Positions 22,712-33,622 of a stretch of 64,000 nucleotides of DNA are shown here, one piece after another (within the stretch, counting starts at the first letter, position 1; every line of letters begins with the position of its first letter). Below the pieces are notes generated by a model that worked only from the letters and a program-made list of their open reading frames with translations, did no database searches and was not told where the DNA came from. This DNA is from an uncultured Actinomycetota bacterium (lineage in GTDB: Bacteria > Actinomycetota > Actinomycetes > Propionibacteriales > Propionibacteriaceae): contig CAWHTY010000022.1 of the NCBI GenBank assembly GCA_963832435.1, positions 22,312 through 86,311 of the forward strand, read 5' to 3'. Both the position numbers and the translations under genes were made by a program.

Positions 22712-23951
22712 ATGGCCCGTCCCGATCCCCAGCTGCGGATCGTCAGCGCCGAGACCAGCCGATCGTGGTTCGAGCGCGGCGTGCAGACCTTCCACGGCGA
22801 CTACCGGCCCGAGCACTGGAGCATCGACGAACCGCTGCTCGAGCCGGACCGCGCCATCGGGTTCGTGGCCGAGGACCGCTGGGTCGCGACCGCGGCGGCG
22901 TTCAGCCGGAAGCTGGCCGTGCCCGGTGCCGTGCTGCGGGTGGCTGCGGTGACCATGGTGACCGTCTCACCCGCGTACCGGCGTCGTGCGGCTGTTGTCG
23001 CAGATGATGGAGCACCAGCTCGACGACGTGCACCGGCGCGGGGAGCCGGTCGCGGTCCTGTGGGCCTCCGAGGCGCCGATCTACGGCCGGTTCGGGTACG
23101 GGCCGGCTGTTCCCCACCTGACCCTGACGGGCTCGACCCGGGCCACCGCGTTCCGCCCCGGCACCGACCTCGGCGACGGATGGCTGAGCGAGCCTGCACC
23201 CGAGGAGTACCGCGCCGCCGTGGTCGACCTGCACGCGCGGCTGCTCCCGCAGCGGCCCGGCGGGCTGGACCGGGCACCCGGGTGGTGGGACCAGCGGCTG
23301 TTCGACCAGGCCGAGGACCGGGACGGGGCCAGCGCCCTGCGGTACGTGCTGCATCACGCGGCCGACGGCGCGGCGGACGGGTACGCGCTCTACCGGGTGC
23401 GGGGGGAGTGGGCGCCGGAGGGCCCCGCCGGCGAGGTGATCGTGCTCGAGGTCGATGCCGCCACCGGCCCGGGACTCGCCGCCCTGTGGCGCTTTCTGCT
23501 GGATCTGGACCTGGTGCGCCGCTTCTCGGCCAGCGAGACCCCCATCGACGGACCGCTGCGCTACCTGGTCGCCGACTCTCGGGCCGTCCGGGCCAGCGTG
23601 GGGGAGTCCCTGTACGTCCGCGTCGTCGACGTGAAGAGCGCGCTCGCCTCCCGCGCCTACGCCGCGGACCTGGATGTGGTGATCGGGGTCCGCGACGGCC
23701 TGTTCGCGCACAACGACGGGGCGTTCCGGGTGCAGGCCACGACCGGGGGTCCGGCCAAGGTCACCCGGGCTCGTCGCCGACCCGACCTGAGTCTCGATGT
23801 CCGAGAGCTCGGCGCCGTGTACCTGGCCGGCACGTCCGTGCAGACCCTCGCCGGCGCGGGCCTGGTGACCGAGCGCACCCCCGGGTCGGTGGCCGCGGCC
23901 AGCCGGGCGTTCGACTGGCAGCGCAAGCCGTTCTGCCCCGACCACTTCTGA
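22712..23951 (+). CDS. Eis-family GNAT acetyltransferase; frameshift near 22985
   Basis: VTMVTVSPAYRRR / LLSQMM, LWASEAPIYGRFGYG, LWRFLLDLDL, LYVRVVDV..AL, C-terminal PFCPDHF. Confidence 0.88.
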
Positions 23952-24031
23952 GCGGCCGCGCCGCGAGTGGGCTGGGTCCGTGGCCGGGCGGGGCCGGGGC
24001 CGTCAGCAGCCGCGGACGGGCGTCGGACGGA

Positions 24032-24355
24032 TCAGAGGTACTCCTCGATCGCCCCGAGCAGCACGGACTTGGACTTCGCGCCTTTGAAGGCCTTGACCAG
24101 CTCGCCGTTGACGTACAGCTGGATGGTCGGCAACCCGAGCACGTGGTTGTTGGCCGGGGTGACCGGGTTGGTGTTGGTGTCCATCGTGACGAAGGAGATC
24201 TTGTCGCCGTGGGTCCGGGCCAGCTCCTCGATGATCGGCGCGACCTGCTTGCAGGGGCCGCACCAGTCGGCCCAGTAGTCCACCATCACCGGCTTGGCCG
24301 ACTTCAGCACGACCTCGTCGAACGTCGAGTCGGTGACCTCGTTCACTGCACCCAT
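24032..24355 (-). CDS. trxA: Thioredoxin
   Basis: VMVDYWADWCGPCK; ATG 24355. Confidence 0.96.
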   Translation of the reverse strand: MGAVNEVTDSTFDEVVLKSAKPVMVDYWADWCGPCKQVAPIIEELARTHGDKISFVTMDTNTNPVTPANNHVLGLPTIQLYVNGELVKAFKGAKSKSVLLGAIEEYL

Positions 24356-24453
24356 CTGCTGCTCCTGCTCTCGGTTCTGCCGGGTCCGACCCGGCCTCGG
24401 TGGTGTGACAACTGTGACGCGTGGGACTGACAGCGTCGGTCCCAGCGGATCGC

Positions 24454-25446
24454 TCAGACGGTGACGGCCCCGGCCAGGGCGGCCTCGTGCTCGGCCTCGT
24501 CGTTCAGGTCGGCCAGGTAGCGCTCGGCGTCCAGGGCCGCGGCGCAGCCCGTGCCGGCCGCGGTGACCGCCTGGCGGTAGGTGTGGTCGACCAGGTCGCC
24601 ACAGGCGAACACCCCGGGCACGTTGGTCCGGGTGCTCTTGCCGTCGGTCATCACATAGCCTTCGGCGTCCAGCTCGACCTGGCGGTGCAGCAGCTCCGAG
24701 CGCGGGTCGTGACCGATGGCGATGAACAGCCCGTTGACGGCGAGCTCCCGCTCCGCCCCGGTCCGGGTGTCCCGGAGGGTGATCCCGGTCAGCGACGTGT
24801 CGCCGTGCAGCGCGGCCACCTCCGACCACCAGGCGAAGGAGATCTTCGGGTCGTTCTCGGCCCGCGCGGCCATGATCTTGCTGGCCCGCAGCTCGCCGCG
24901 GCGGTGGATGACGGTCACCGACCGGGCGAACCGGCTGAGGAAGGTGGCCTCCTCCATCGCGGAGTCGCCGCCGCCGACCACGGCGATGTCCTTGTCGCGG
25001 AAGAAGAACCCGTCACAGGTGGCGCACCAGGAGACCCCGTGGCCCGACAGCCGGTCCTCGTCGGCGATCCCCAGCTTGCGGTACGCCGACCCGGTGGCCA
25101 GGATGACCGTCCGCGCCGCGAACGAGGTGCCGTACGCGTCGGTGAGGATCTTCACCGGACCCGTCAGGTCCATCTCGGCGATGTCCTCGGTCAACAGCTC
25201 GGCGCCGAACCGCTCCGCCTGGGCGCGCATCTGCTCCATCAGCTCCGGGCCCATGATGCCGTCGCGGAAGCCGGGGAAGTTCTCCACCTCGGTGGTGTTC
25301 ATCAGCGCGCCACCGGCGGTGATCGAACCCTCGAAGACCAACGGCTTCAGGTCGGCCCGGGCCGCGTAGACCGCCGCCGTGTAGCCGGCCGGTCCGCTGC
25401 CGACGATGATGACATCGCGGACGTCGGTGGTGGTGGGAGTACCCAT
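24454..25446 (-). CDS. trxB: Thioredoxin reductase
   Basis: [48 protein letters not shown]. Confidence 0.97.
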   Translation of the reverse strand: MGTPTTTDVRDVIIVGSGPAGYTAAVYAARADLKPLVFEGSITAGGALMNTTEVENFPGFRDGIMGPELMEQMRAQAERFGAELLTEDIAEMDLTGPVKILTDAYGTSFAARTVILATGSAYRKLGIADEDRLSGHGVSWCATCDGFFFRDKDIAVVGGGDSAMEEATFLSRFARSVTVIHRRGELRASKIMAARAENDPKISFAWWSEVAALHGDTSLTGITLRDTRTGAERELAVNGLFIAIGHDPRSELLHRQVELDAEGYVMTDGKSTRTNVPGVFACGDLVDHTYRQAVTAAGTGCAAALDAERYLADLNDEAEHEAALAGAVTV

Positions 25447-25566
25447 GCGGGAGATCCTTCTCGTTCAGTAACGGCTGGTGCGCGGCCACGGTCGGGGAAG
25501 GGTGTGCGGCACGGATTCCGGTCACCCGGAGGTGGCCGTCTGGCGTCCGTCACCCTACCCGAGCAG

Positions 25567-25593
25567 AACGTCGCGAGCGGCGCACCGTATTCC
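25567..25593 (-). promoter_or_regulatory. SigR/SigH-type redox-stress promoter for trxBA
   Basis: Minus strand reads GGAAT-N18-CGTT, about 120 nt upstream of trxB. Confidence 0.7.
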
Positions 25594-25612
25594 GTGCCGC
25601 GCCCGGTCGCGC

Positions 25613-26329
25613 TCAGCGGTCCAGCTCGACCGTGGCGCCGGCCCGGGCCGCGGGCCCGGGGCAGCCTGAGACCACCGTCACCCGGCGCACGCCGCCGTCG
25701 GTGCTGTAGACCAGCAGCGCGCGGGCCCCGTCCACCACGGCGGGCACGAGGCCGGTGATCCGGCCCTCCACGACGCGGTTCGCACACCACCAGGCGTCGG
25801 AGAACAGGTGCGCGCTCAGACTTCGGGCGCCGGCGACCGTGCGGGCCTGCCGGGCGAGGTCGGCGCCGCTGACCTGGACCGGGGCACCGGCCGTGGGCTC
25901 GTTCATCCCCGCGCTGGCGCTGACCACGTAGCCGGCGAACCCGACGACCATCGCCACCACCGCCGCCAGCAGGACCGTACGGAACACGTGCCGCGTTCCC
26001 GGCCGCTCGGCCGCGCCACCGGCGAACGCGCCCAGCGTCGGCTTCGGGTGCTGCGGGAGCGGAGCGGCGGTGGAGGTCCGTCGTCGTTGCTCCCCGGTGA
26101 GGACGGCCTCCAGCCGGGCCACGACCTCCGGCGGCATCGGCGGAGCCGGCACGGTGGCGAGCAGCCGTTCCACCTCGGCCAGCGCGGACGCCCGCGCGGC
26201 ACAGCTCGCGCAGCCGGCCACGTGGGCCCGCAGCTCGAGGGTCCGGTCGGGGCTCAGCAGGCCCACGGTGGCGTCGGCCAGCTCGTCGTCGGTGACGTGC
26301 TCGTCGAGGCGACCGCCGTGCTCGGTCAT
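25613..26329 (-). CDS. Zinc-finger (HxxxCxxC) transmembrane anti-sigma factor, RsmA/anti-SigM-like
   Basis: HVTDDELAD...HVAGCASC, PPMPPEVVARL, one TM segment, C-terminal GARALLVY..VVSGC. Confidence 0.8.
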   Translation of the reverse strand: MTEHGGRLDEHVTDDELADATVGLLSPDRTLELRAHVAGCASCAARASALAEVERLLATVPAPPMPPEVVARLEAVLTGEQRRRTSTAAPLPQHPKPTLGAFAGGAAERPGTRHVFRTVLLAAVVAMVVGFAGYVVSASAGMNEPTAGAPVQVSGADLARQARTVAGARSLSAHLFSDAWWCANRVVEGRITGLVPAVVDGARALLVYSTDGGVRRVTVVSGCPGPAARAGATVELDR

Positions 26330-26910
26330 GCCGGCCCTCCTTCCGCGGGGTCGGGATGCCGGCGTGCCTCCAGCAGGCTTGCCGGCCGTTCGTCGGTGCC
26401 GACCGCTGTGCTCTGTTGCCGGTCGGGTCGGGTCGGCACCAGGCCGCGGTCCTGCAGATCCGCCAGGGTTCGCTGCGAGCCGCGGTCGAGCTCGGCGCCC
26501 GGAGCCCAGGTCAGTATCCACGCGAACAGGGTCGAGTGTCCGCGCCGCAGCAGGGCGGTCGGCGCCACCCGGCGTCGCACCCGGCCGTCTGCCTGACGCA
26601 CCGTGAGGCGGTAGGAGGCCCCCGACGGGGTCATCGACTCGGCGACCTTGACCAGCTGCCCCGCCTCGATCCGGTGCCGGCCCCGCCACCGGCGGACCGT
26701 CAGTGTCGAACCGTCCACCGACAGGAAGGCCCGGGTGCGCAGCCACACCACGACCAGGAACAGCACCCAGCAGCCGGTCAGCACTGCGGCCGCGCTCACC
26801 CACCCCGGTGGCGCGGTCCGCACCAGGGCCAGCACGAACAGCACCAGACCGACCGTGGACACCAGGACCGGCGTGCGCCAGTTGTACGCGAGCTCCAGCG
26901 GGTGCGCCAT
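26326..26910 (-). CDS. Hypothetical 2-TM membrane protein with a bacterial PH-like C-terminal domain
   Basis: Two hydrophobic helices then LSVDGSTLTVRRWRGRHRI; overlaps both neighbours. Confidence 0.65.
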   Translation of the reverse strand: MAHPLELAYNWRTPVLVSTVGLVLFVLALVRTAPPGWVSAAAVLTGCWVLFLVVVWLRTRAFLSVDGSTLTVRRWRGRHRIEAGQLVKVAESMTPSGASYRLTVRQADGRVRRRVAPTALLRRGHSTLFAWILTWAPGAELDRGSQRTLADLQDRGLVPTRPDRQQSTAVGTDERPASLLEARRHPDPAEGGPA

Positions 26911-27602
26911 CAGCCTCTCCCGCCGTCCCGCAGCTCGGGGCCGGGGAGCGCCCGGCCGCTCAGATGGCTGAGCAGCGGCAGCAGCCGGGCCCGTCCGCGG
27001 GCGCAGCGACTCTTCACCGTGCCGGGTGCGCAGCCGAGCACCACCGCCGCCTCCTCCACCGAGTAGCCCTCCATGTCCACCAACACCAGTGCGGCCCGCT
27101 GATCCGGGTTCAGGTGGCTCAGCGCGGCGGCCACGGCGACACGCTCCTCCTGGATCTCCAGCGGGTCGCGACTCGCGGTGGTGCCCAGCTCGACGCTGTC
27201 GACGGTCGTCGGCAGCGGCTGCTCGGCCGCCCGGGTCCTCTGGCGCCGGATCCGGTCCAGGCAGGCGTTCACCACGATCCGGTGCAGCCAGGTGGTGACC
27301 CGGGCGTCGCCCCGGAAGGTGTCGGCCCGGCGGAACGCCGCGATGTAGGCGTCCTGGAGGGCGTCGGCGGCGTCATCGGGGTTGCGCATCACCCGCAGGG
27401 CGATGGCCCACAGCCGGTCGCGGTGTCGACCGACCAGGACCGCGAAGGCGTACGGGTCGCCGCCGACGTGGGCCGCGACCAGCTCGGCGTCGTCGCGTGG
27501 ATCGGGGACCACGGCCGTCGGCCGAAGCGGGGTCGGATCGGGGGTCGCCGGGGAGGACGCCGACGGTGGGGCCAGGGACCCCAGGTCGCCGCCCTTGCCC
27601 AC
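26910..27602 (-). CDS. sigM: ECF sigma factor SigM
   Basis: DAELVAAHVGGDPYAF..RHRDRLWAIALR, DALQDA, WLHRIVVNACLD, GTVKSRCARGR; murJ-sigM-trxB synteny. Confidence 0.9.
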   Translation of the reverse strand: MGKGGDLGSLAPPSASSPATPDPTPLRPTAVVPDPRDDAELVAAHVGGDPYAFAVLVGRHRDRLWAIALRVMRNPDDAADALQDAYIAAFRRADTFRGDARVTTWLHRIVVNACLDRIRRQRTRAAEQPLPTTVDSVELGTTASRDPLEIQEERVAVAAALSHLNPDQRAALVLVDMEGYSVEEAAVVLGCAPGTVKSRCARGRARLLPLLSHLSGRALPGPELRDGGRG

Positions 27603-30600
27603 CTACAACACCTCGACCTCGTAGATCCCACCGCGGTAGCCGCTTCCCTCCTTCGGCAGCGAGGTCAGGTACACCAGCACGAAACGGGTGGCCGTCGGCG
27701 CCCCGAGGGTGAGGTTGGCCGCCGCCCCGGCCCCGGCCTGCCTGCTCACGGTACGCCACCGGTTGTCGGAGGTCATCGGTGGTTTGGTGGTCCGGGCCGG
27801 GTTGCTGGCCGGTACCCGGACCTGCACGTTGGTGTCGTCGCCGCTCAGTCGCAGGCGCACCCCCGTCACCGTCGTGGTCTCGCCGAGATCGAGGACGAGC
27901 CCGACGCCCCGCTTGATCCCGCCGAGCCGAGGGCTGCCCAGGTAGCGCACCGTCTGCCACCGGGTCCGCGGGTTCTGGTCGTAGGCCAGGCGGGTCTGCC
28001 CGGGGTTCTCGGTGTTCGGCGGATCACCCTGGGGGTCGAACTCCCGGGCCGAGACGATTCGCGGCGCGCCGGGCGCGGACGTCGATCCCGCGCTCGGCTG
28101 GCCGGTGCGGCCAGCCGGTGCCGCACCGCCTCCCCCGCCCCGGCCCAGGATCACCGCCGAGGTGACTGCCGGTGGCGACCAGCAGCAGTCCGAGCACCGC
28201 GAGCCCGGCGATCCAGCGGCGCGCCCGCCGGCGGGGTGGCCGCTGCGGCGCCGGCGCCTTGGGTGGCGCGTGCGGAGGCGGGGGCTGGCGGATCACGGTC
28301 ACCCGGGTGGAGTCCGACAGCGGGCTGACCGGGAAGCCGGGGCTGGGTCCCGAGCCGACCACCGGTGCGCTGACGGTCTGGTTGCGGGCCACCGACGACG
28401 GGGTGGTCGTCACCTTGGGGATCGGCTGGCGCAGCCGCCGCTCCAGGTCGGTGGAGGCGTCGGCGGCTCCGAGCACGGTGGTCAGCGCGTCCGCCACCGC
28501 GTGGGCGGTCGACAGCCGGGCGGCGCGGTGCCGCGGCGGATCGCCCAGGATCTGGTCGCAGACGTTGTCGAGCGCGGGGGAGACTCCCGCCCGGACCTGG
28601 CGCGGGGTCATCCAGCCTCGGCCGCTGACCGGAGCGGCGGGCAGGCTGAACGCCGGGCCGCCCGGCCAGCGGGACACCAGGCAGCCGTACAGCAGCCGGC
28701 CCAGGTCGGCGACGTCGCGCCGCTCCGGCGTCCAGGTCTGGGCGCCGTGGATCGGGTCGCCGACCACCGGCCGCAGGGCCGCCTCGATCAGCAGGCCGAC
28801 GATCTTGACGTGGCCGTCGGGGGTCAGGACCACCGTGTCGGGACTGATCCGCTGATGGAAGAGCCCGACCGCGTGCACCCCGGACAGGGCGTCGGCGACC
28901 TCGCGGACCACCCAGGCGGCCTCCAGTCCCGACAGCGGGCCGTGGCTGAGGACGAGCTCCAGGCTCTGGCCGGCGGCGTACTCGCACACGACGTAGGAGC
29001 CGAGGTCGTCGGTCTCGCTGTGGACCGCGTCGAGTACGCGCAGGAAGCGGGAGTCGGTGGCCGCGGCCGCCCGGCGCGCGACCTCCAGCAGCTCCTCGGC
29101 GGTCGGGTCGTGCGGGGCCAACAGGTGGACCAGCACCGACCGGGACAGCACCAGGTCGAAGGCCCGCCAGGTGACCGCGCGGTCGGTCTCGGCCAGCAGC
29201 TCCTGCAGCCGGTACCGGCCGGCCAGGATGGTGCCGGCGACCACCGAGCTGCGGACCGGCGCGGCGGCCGTGCGCTCGGGAGCGGGCGTGAGCGCGTCCC
29301 CCTCGGCAGAGGTGGAGGCGGGCGACGCGTCAGCCGGGGGGGTTGGCCCTGAGTCGGTGCGCCGGCCGGCGCTGACGAAGGTCACCATGGTGTCCGCGCT
29401 CTCGATCGGGCCGCCCGGCGGTAACGGCGCGGCGGATGGCTCGATCGTAGGTGAGGCGGGCCCCTCGCCCCGGTTGGAATCGCCGGGTGCCTCGGGATCA
29501 TCGCCGGACCCCGACCCGCCCCGACCACGGATCGTGGCGACGATCTGGCCGACCTCGGTGATGCGCAGGGTGCGGGCCAGCACCAGGAACGCCCCGACGG
29601 CCAGGGCCGCGGCCACGGTCAGCGTCACCGCCCGGACCGGCTGGGACGGCTGACCGGACTCGACCCACCAGACGGCGCCCCCGATCACCAGCGCTCCCGG
29701 CAGCACGGCCCCGGCCAGCCGAAGGCCCAACTCCCCCAGCGGTCGCAGGGCCAGGTCGGGCAGGTCGCGCTGGAGTCGCCGGAACGACACCAGCACCCCG
29801 ATCGCGTAGGCCAGCGCGAAACCGCCGGCCAGGCAGGCGGCGACCGCAGGGTTGCTGCCGACCAGGCGGACGATCAGCATCCCGAAAGCGACGTTCAGCG
29901 CGGTGATCAGCAGCTGCAGGAAGAACGGCGTCCGGGTGTTCTCCAGCGCGTAGAACGCGCGCAGGCAGATGTACTGCACCGTGAAGGGCACCAGCCCGGC
30001 CGCGAGCACCATCAGCGCCCAGCCCGCGAAGTCGGCGTCCCGCTGCCCGGCGCCGAACCCGAACACCAGCCGGGCCAGCGGCAGCCCGAACACCAGCAGC
30101 CCGATCGAGGCCGGCAGCAGGGCGGTGACGGCCAGCCGCAGGGTGCGGGTGACCTCGGCCGCAGTCCCCGCCAGGTCCCCGGCCATGGCCAGCCGGGAGG
30201 CGCTGGGCAGCATCGCGGTGGCCAGCGAAACGGTGATCAGCGAGTGCGGGATGATCCACAGCGCGTAGGCGTAGGAGTAGGTCGCGACGCCGCCGCCGGC
30301 GCCGCTGACCGTGGCGGCTGACGCCACCTTGTTGATGACCACCAGGCCGGCCTGGCTGACCACCACGAACCCGAGTGTCCACTTGGCCAGCCGGACGGTC
30401 TTGCCGAGTCCGGTGTGGCGGAAGTCGAAACGCGGCTGGAAGCGGAAGCCGACCCCGCGCAGATACGGCACCAGGACCACCGCCTGGACCGCGATGCCGA
30501 GGGTGGAGCCCAGGCCCAGGACCAGCTCCTGCGGGGTGGTGAACGCGGCCGAGGGGTTGGTCTGGCCGAACACGACCAGGAACAGCAGCAGAACCAGGAT

Positions 30601-31254
30601 GGAGACCACGTTGTTGGCGATCGGCGCCCACATCATCGGCCCGAACCGGTCCCGGGCGTTCAGCACCTGTCCGATCAGCACGTGCACGCCGTAGAAGAAG
30701 ATCTGCGGCATGCAGAAGTAGCCCAGCATCACCATCGACTGGTACTGCGCGGCGACCGCCGGCTCCTTCCAGCCGCCCGCGGTGTAAAGGGACACGATCA
30801 GCGGCACGGCGAGGGTGAGCGCCACGGTGATGACGAACAGCACCAGCAGACCGCCGGTGAGGATCCGGTTGGTGTAGGCCTCACCGCCGTCGCGGTCGTT
30901 CTTCACCGCCCGGACGATCTGCGGCACCAGCACGGTATTCAGCACGCCGCCGGCCAGCAGGATGTACATGCTGTTCGGCACGTTGTTGGCCACCGCGAAC
31001 ATGTCGGCCTGGCGGGTGCCGATGCCGAACAGGTAGGCCAGCAGGACGAAACGTCCGAACCCCACGATGCGCGAGACCAGGGTGCCGGCGACCATCACGG
31101 CGCTGGCCGAGATCAGCCGCTGGGCCGACGGCGGTCGCTCGGAGCGGTCCGGTCGGGGGGCCGGCGACGCGGCGACCGCCGGCCGTTCGACCGTCGGGAG
31201 GTCGGACTCCGGTGACGACGCCGGGGCGCCGGGGCCGGGCCGGTGCTCAGACAT
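27603..31254 (-). CDS. murJ: Lipid II flippase MurJ fused to a kinase-homology domain, TM and C-terminal beta-sandwich; frameshift near 28160
   Basis: GTLVSRIVGFGR, ANNVPNSMYILLAGG, MWAPIANN, RAFYALENTRTP; LAGRYRL...HQRISPDTV (degenerate kinase); tail FDPQGD..EN..LAYD..TRWQT..Y. Confidence 0.9.
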
Positions 31255-33505
31255 CCAGCCGCTCCTCGGTACTGTGCTGGGCGGGCCCGACCGGGTCCGC
31301 CGGATCGTCGGCGGGCGGATGGCCGGTGTCGTCGACCGCACCCGTACCGTTCCGCGGGGTGGTGGGGTCGAGGCCTGGGCGGGCCGACTCGGGGGGACGC
31401 GAGACGGGCAGCGGGTCCTCGGTCGCCGACGCCTCCCCACGCGCCTTGGCGACCTGACGGATGCGGAGGGCGGTGGTGCCGATCAGCACGACGCCGGCCA
31501 CGATGGCGATCAGCCAGCCCGTGGTCCCGGCCTGGGTCGCGGTCACGTCGATCGGCACCGAACGGCCGATCGGCTGCCCGGTCCGGGTGTAGAGCCGGGC
31601 CATCACCCGTACGGTGCCGTTGGTCTGGGCCTCGACCTGCGCGTTCTCGGTCAGGCTGCCGCCGCCGGGAACCGGCGCCAGCTCGTCGAGCGAGGCCACG
31701 GTGAGTCGCTGCCCGTTGGCGGAGGCGAACCGGACCCGCACGTCGACCGCGTTCAGATCGGGCTCGGCGGGGTCGGTGCCCGCCGGCAGGCTGTTGCGCA
31801 CGGTGACCGGGAACGACCCGGTCCGGCCGGTGGTCACCACCTGGCCGACCACCTGCAGGCTGACCCCGGAGGCGACCTGGGTGGAGATCCGTCGTCGCAC
31901 CACGGCGGCGTACTCCCGGCCGACGTCGGGTTCATACCGCCAGTCGGCGCTGGCGATGCGCGGGACGGCCTGCCGCCCCTCGGCTCGGGCGGTGGCCGGG
32001 GTGACCAGCAGGTCCGCCAGCGTGCGGTAGGACTCGGCCACCTCCCGGACCGCGACCAGCTGGTCGGGGCCGATCTCGGCCTCCCGGGCGCCCGGGCCGT
32101 AGCCGAGCTCGCCCGTCCACCGCGACGGCATCCGGTCCAGCAGCTCGGCCAGCGTGCTGCTCTTGATCCAGGGCACGTCGAGCTCGGTGTCGGCCCCCGC
32201 CGCCTGCTCGGCCTCGGTGACCAGGCGGACCCGCCCGACGGTGCCGTCCGCCGGCGTGGAGCTGGCCTCGATCCAGGTGTCGGCAAGCATCCGCTGCCGG
32301 ACCTTGACGGCGGTGTTGCGGGGCGCCGGGCCAGGGCCGCCGCCGAAACCCTCGGCGGTGAAGCTGACCACCGGGGCGGACCCCGGACCCGCGAGCAGCG
32401 GAGCGGTGGCGCCGGTCGACCGGTCGGACAGCAGGATGGCCCGTGGCCGCAGCGACTCCGCGGCGGCCAGCGTCTCGGTGTCGGCACGGCCCCGGGCCGG
32501 CAGCACGACCAGCGGCAGCCGGCGGGTCGTGCTGACCTGCTCCCCTTGGGCTGCGGCCTGCTCCAGCACGCCCTGCTGGCCGGCGTGCACGAGGGCGGCG
32601 ACGTCCGGGTTGCCGTACGGGAGCCGGTAGCCGTCACCGTCGCGGAGCACGCCGGTGAACTCCTGTAGCCAGGCGGTGGCGGCGGCCCGCCCGGTGCCGT
32701 CGGCGGTGGATGTGCCGTCCACCCCCAGTACCTGGTAGCCGCCGCGCATCGTCTCGAGCTCCTCGACCAGGGCCGGGTCGACGAGGAAGCTGACTTCGTC
32801 CTGCTCCGCGGTAGCCAGCAGCTTGCTCAGCCGGCCGCCGGCCGCGACCTCGCCGGCCAGGTGGTCGTCCAGCAGCACCCCGTCGCGGACCAGCGACGGA
32901 CGGCTGGTCAGCACCACCACGCCCGTGGTGCGCAGTGCGTTCCGGGGTGGCGACGCGACCAGCGGCATGAAGATCCGTCCCCGGCCGAGGGTGAAGTCGG
33001 CGCCGACGCCCTCGAGCTGGCCCAGCACGTGGATGCCGATCAGGTAGACGGCGTCGGTCGGCAGCAGCTCAAGGTCGGCGACGTCCACCTTCAGGTCGAA
33101 GTCGGTCGACTCCTGGGGGGCGAGCGTCCGGTCTGCCTTCGACGGGATCGGCTCGAAGGTCGTCAGCGGCTGCACCCGCTTGCCCAGCGGATCGTCGGCC
33201 TCCGACGCGAGGGCCTTGGTCATGGCCTCGGGGTTCTCGATCGGGTCCAGCGACCGCCAGAACGTGGCCTGCAGGTTGGTCAGCTCCACTTCCGAGGTGT
33301 TGGTCACCCTCCCGCGCAGCCGGACCGTCCCGTCGCGGGCCGGCAGGGCGGGGCTCATCGCGTCCATGCTGACCGACACGTACGCCTTCGGCGGCGCCGC
33401 CTGCGCCGGGGTCGGGCCGGTCCAGGGGGTCAGCCAGAGGGCGCCCACCGCGGTGACCACCGCCAGGAGCACCCGTACTGCCCGGCCGGGCCACCCCCTC
33501 TGCAC
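31247..33505 (-). CDS. DUF6049-like secreted, C-terminally anchored protein
   Basis: Signal peptide, GGRLSKLL, VDPALVEE, LPYGNPDV, C-terminal TM; conserved position between cca and murJ. Confidence 0.75.
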   Translation of the reverse strand: MQRGWPGRAVRVLLAVVTAVGALWLTPWTGPTPAQAAPPKAYVSVSMDAMSPALPARDGTVRLRGRVTNTSEVELTNLQATFWRSLDPIENPEAMTKALASEADDPLGKRVQPLTTFEPIPSKADRTLAPQESTDFDLKVDVADLELLPTDAVYLIGIHVLGQLEGVGADFTLGRGRIFMPLVASPPRNALRTTGVVVLTSRPSLVRDGVLLDDHLAGEVAAGGRLSKLLATAEQDEVSFLVDPALVEELETMRGGYQVLGVDGTSTADGTGRAAATAWLQEFTGVLRDGDGYRLPYGNPDVAALVHAGQQGVLEQAAAQGEQVSTTRRLPLVVLPARGRADTETLAAAESLRPRAILLSDRSTGATAPLLAGPGSAPVVSFTAEGFGGGPGPAPRNTAVKVRQRMLADTWIEASSTPADGTVGRVRLVTEAEQAAGADTELDVPWIKSSTLAELLDRMPSRWTGELGYGPGAREAEIGPDQLVAVREVAESYRTLADLLVTPATARAEGRQAVPRIASADWRYEPDVGREYAAVVRRRISTQVASGVSLQVVGQVVTTGRTGSFPVTVRNSLPAGTDPAEPDLNAVDVRVRFASANGQRLTVASLDELAPVPGGGSLTENAQVEAQTNGTVRVMARLYTRTGQPIGRSVPIDVTATQAGTTGWLIAIVAGVVLIGTTALRIRQVAKARGEASATEDPLPVSRPPESARPGLDPTTPRNGTGAVDDTGHPPADDPADPVGPAQHSTEERLDV

Positions 33506-33622
33506 CGCCTCATCCTACGTTCACGGCGCTGCGTCAGGGCTGCTCGCGCACCGCGCCCGGGGTCGGGCCCCGCGGAAACGGAGCGGCGGGGGAGGCGGAT
33601 CGGGACAGTAGAGTGGGGCCAC

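Noticed and set aside
27603-31254. MurJ-pseudokinase fusion as a novelty
   Set aside because: Already known from mycobacterial MviN and other actinobacteria.
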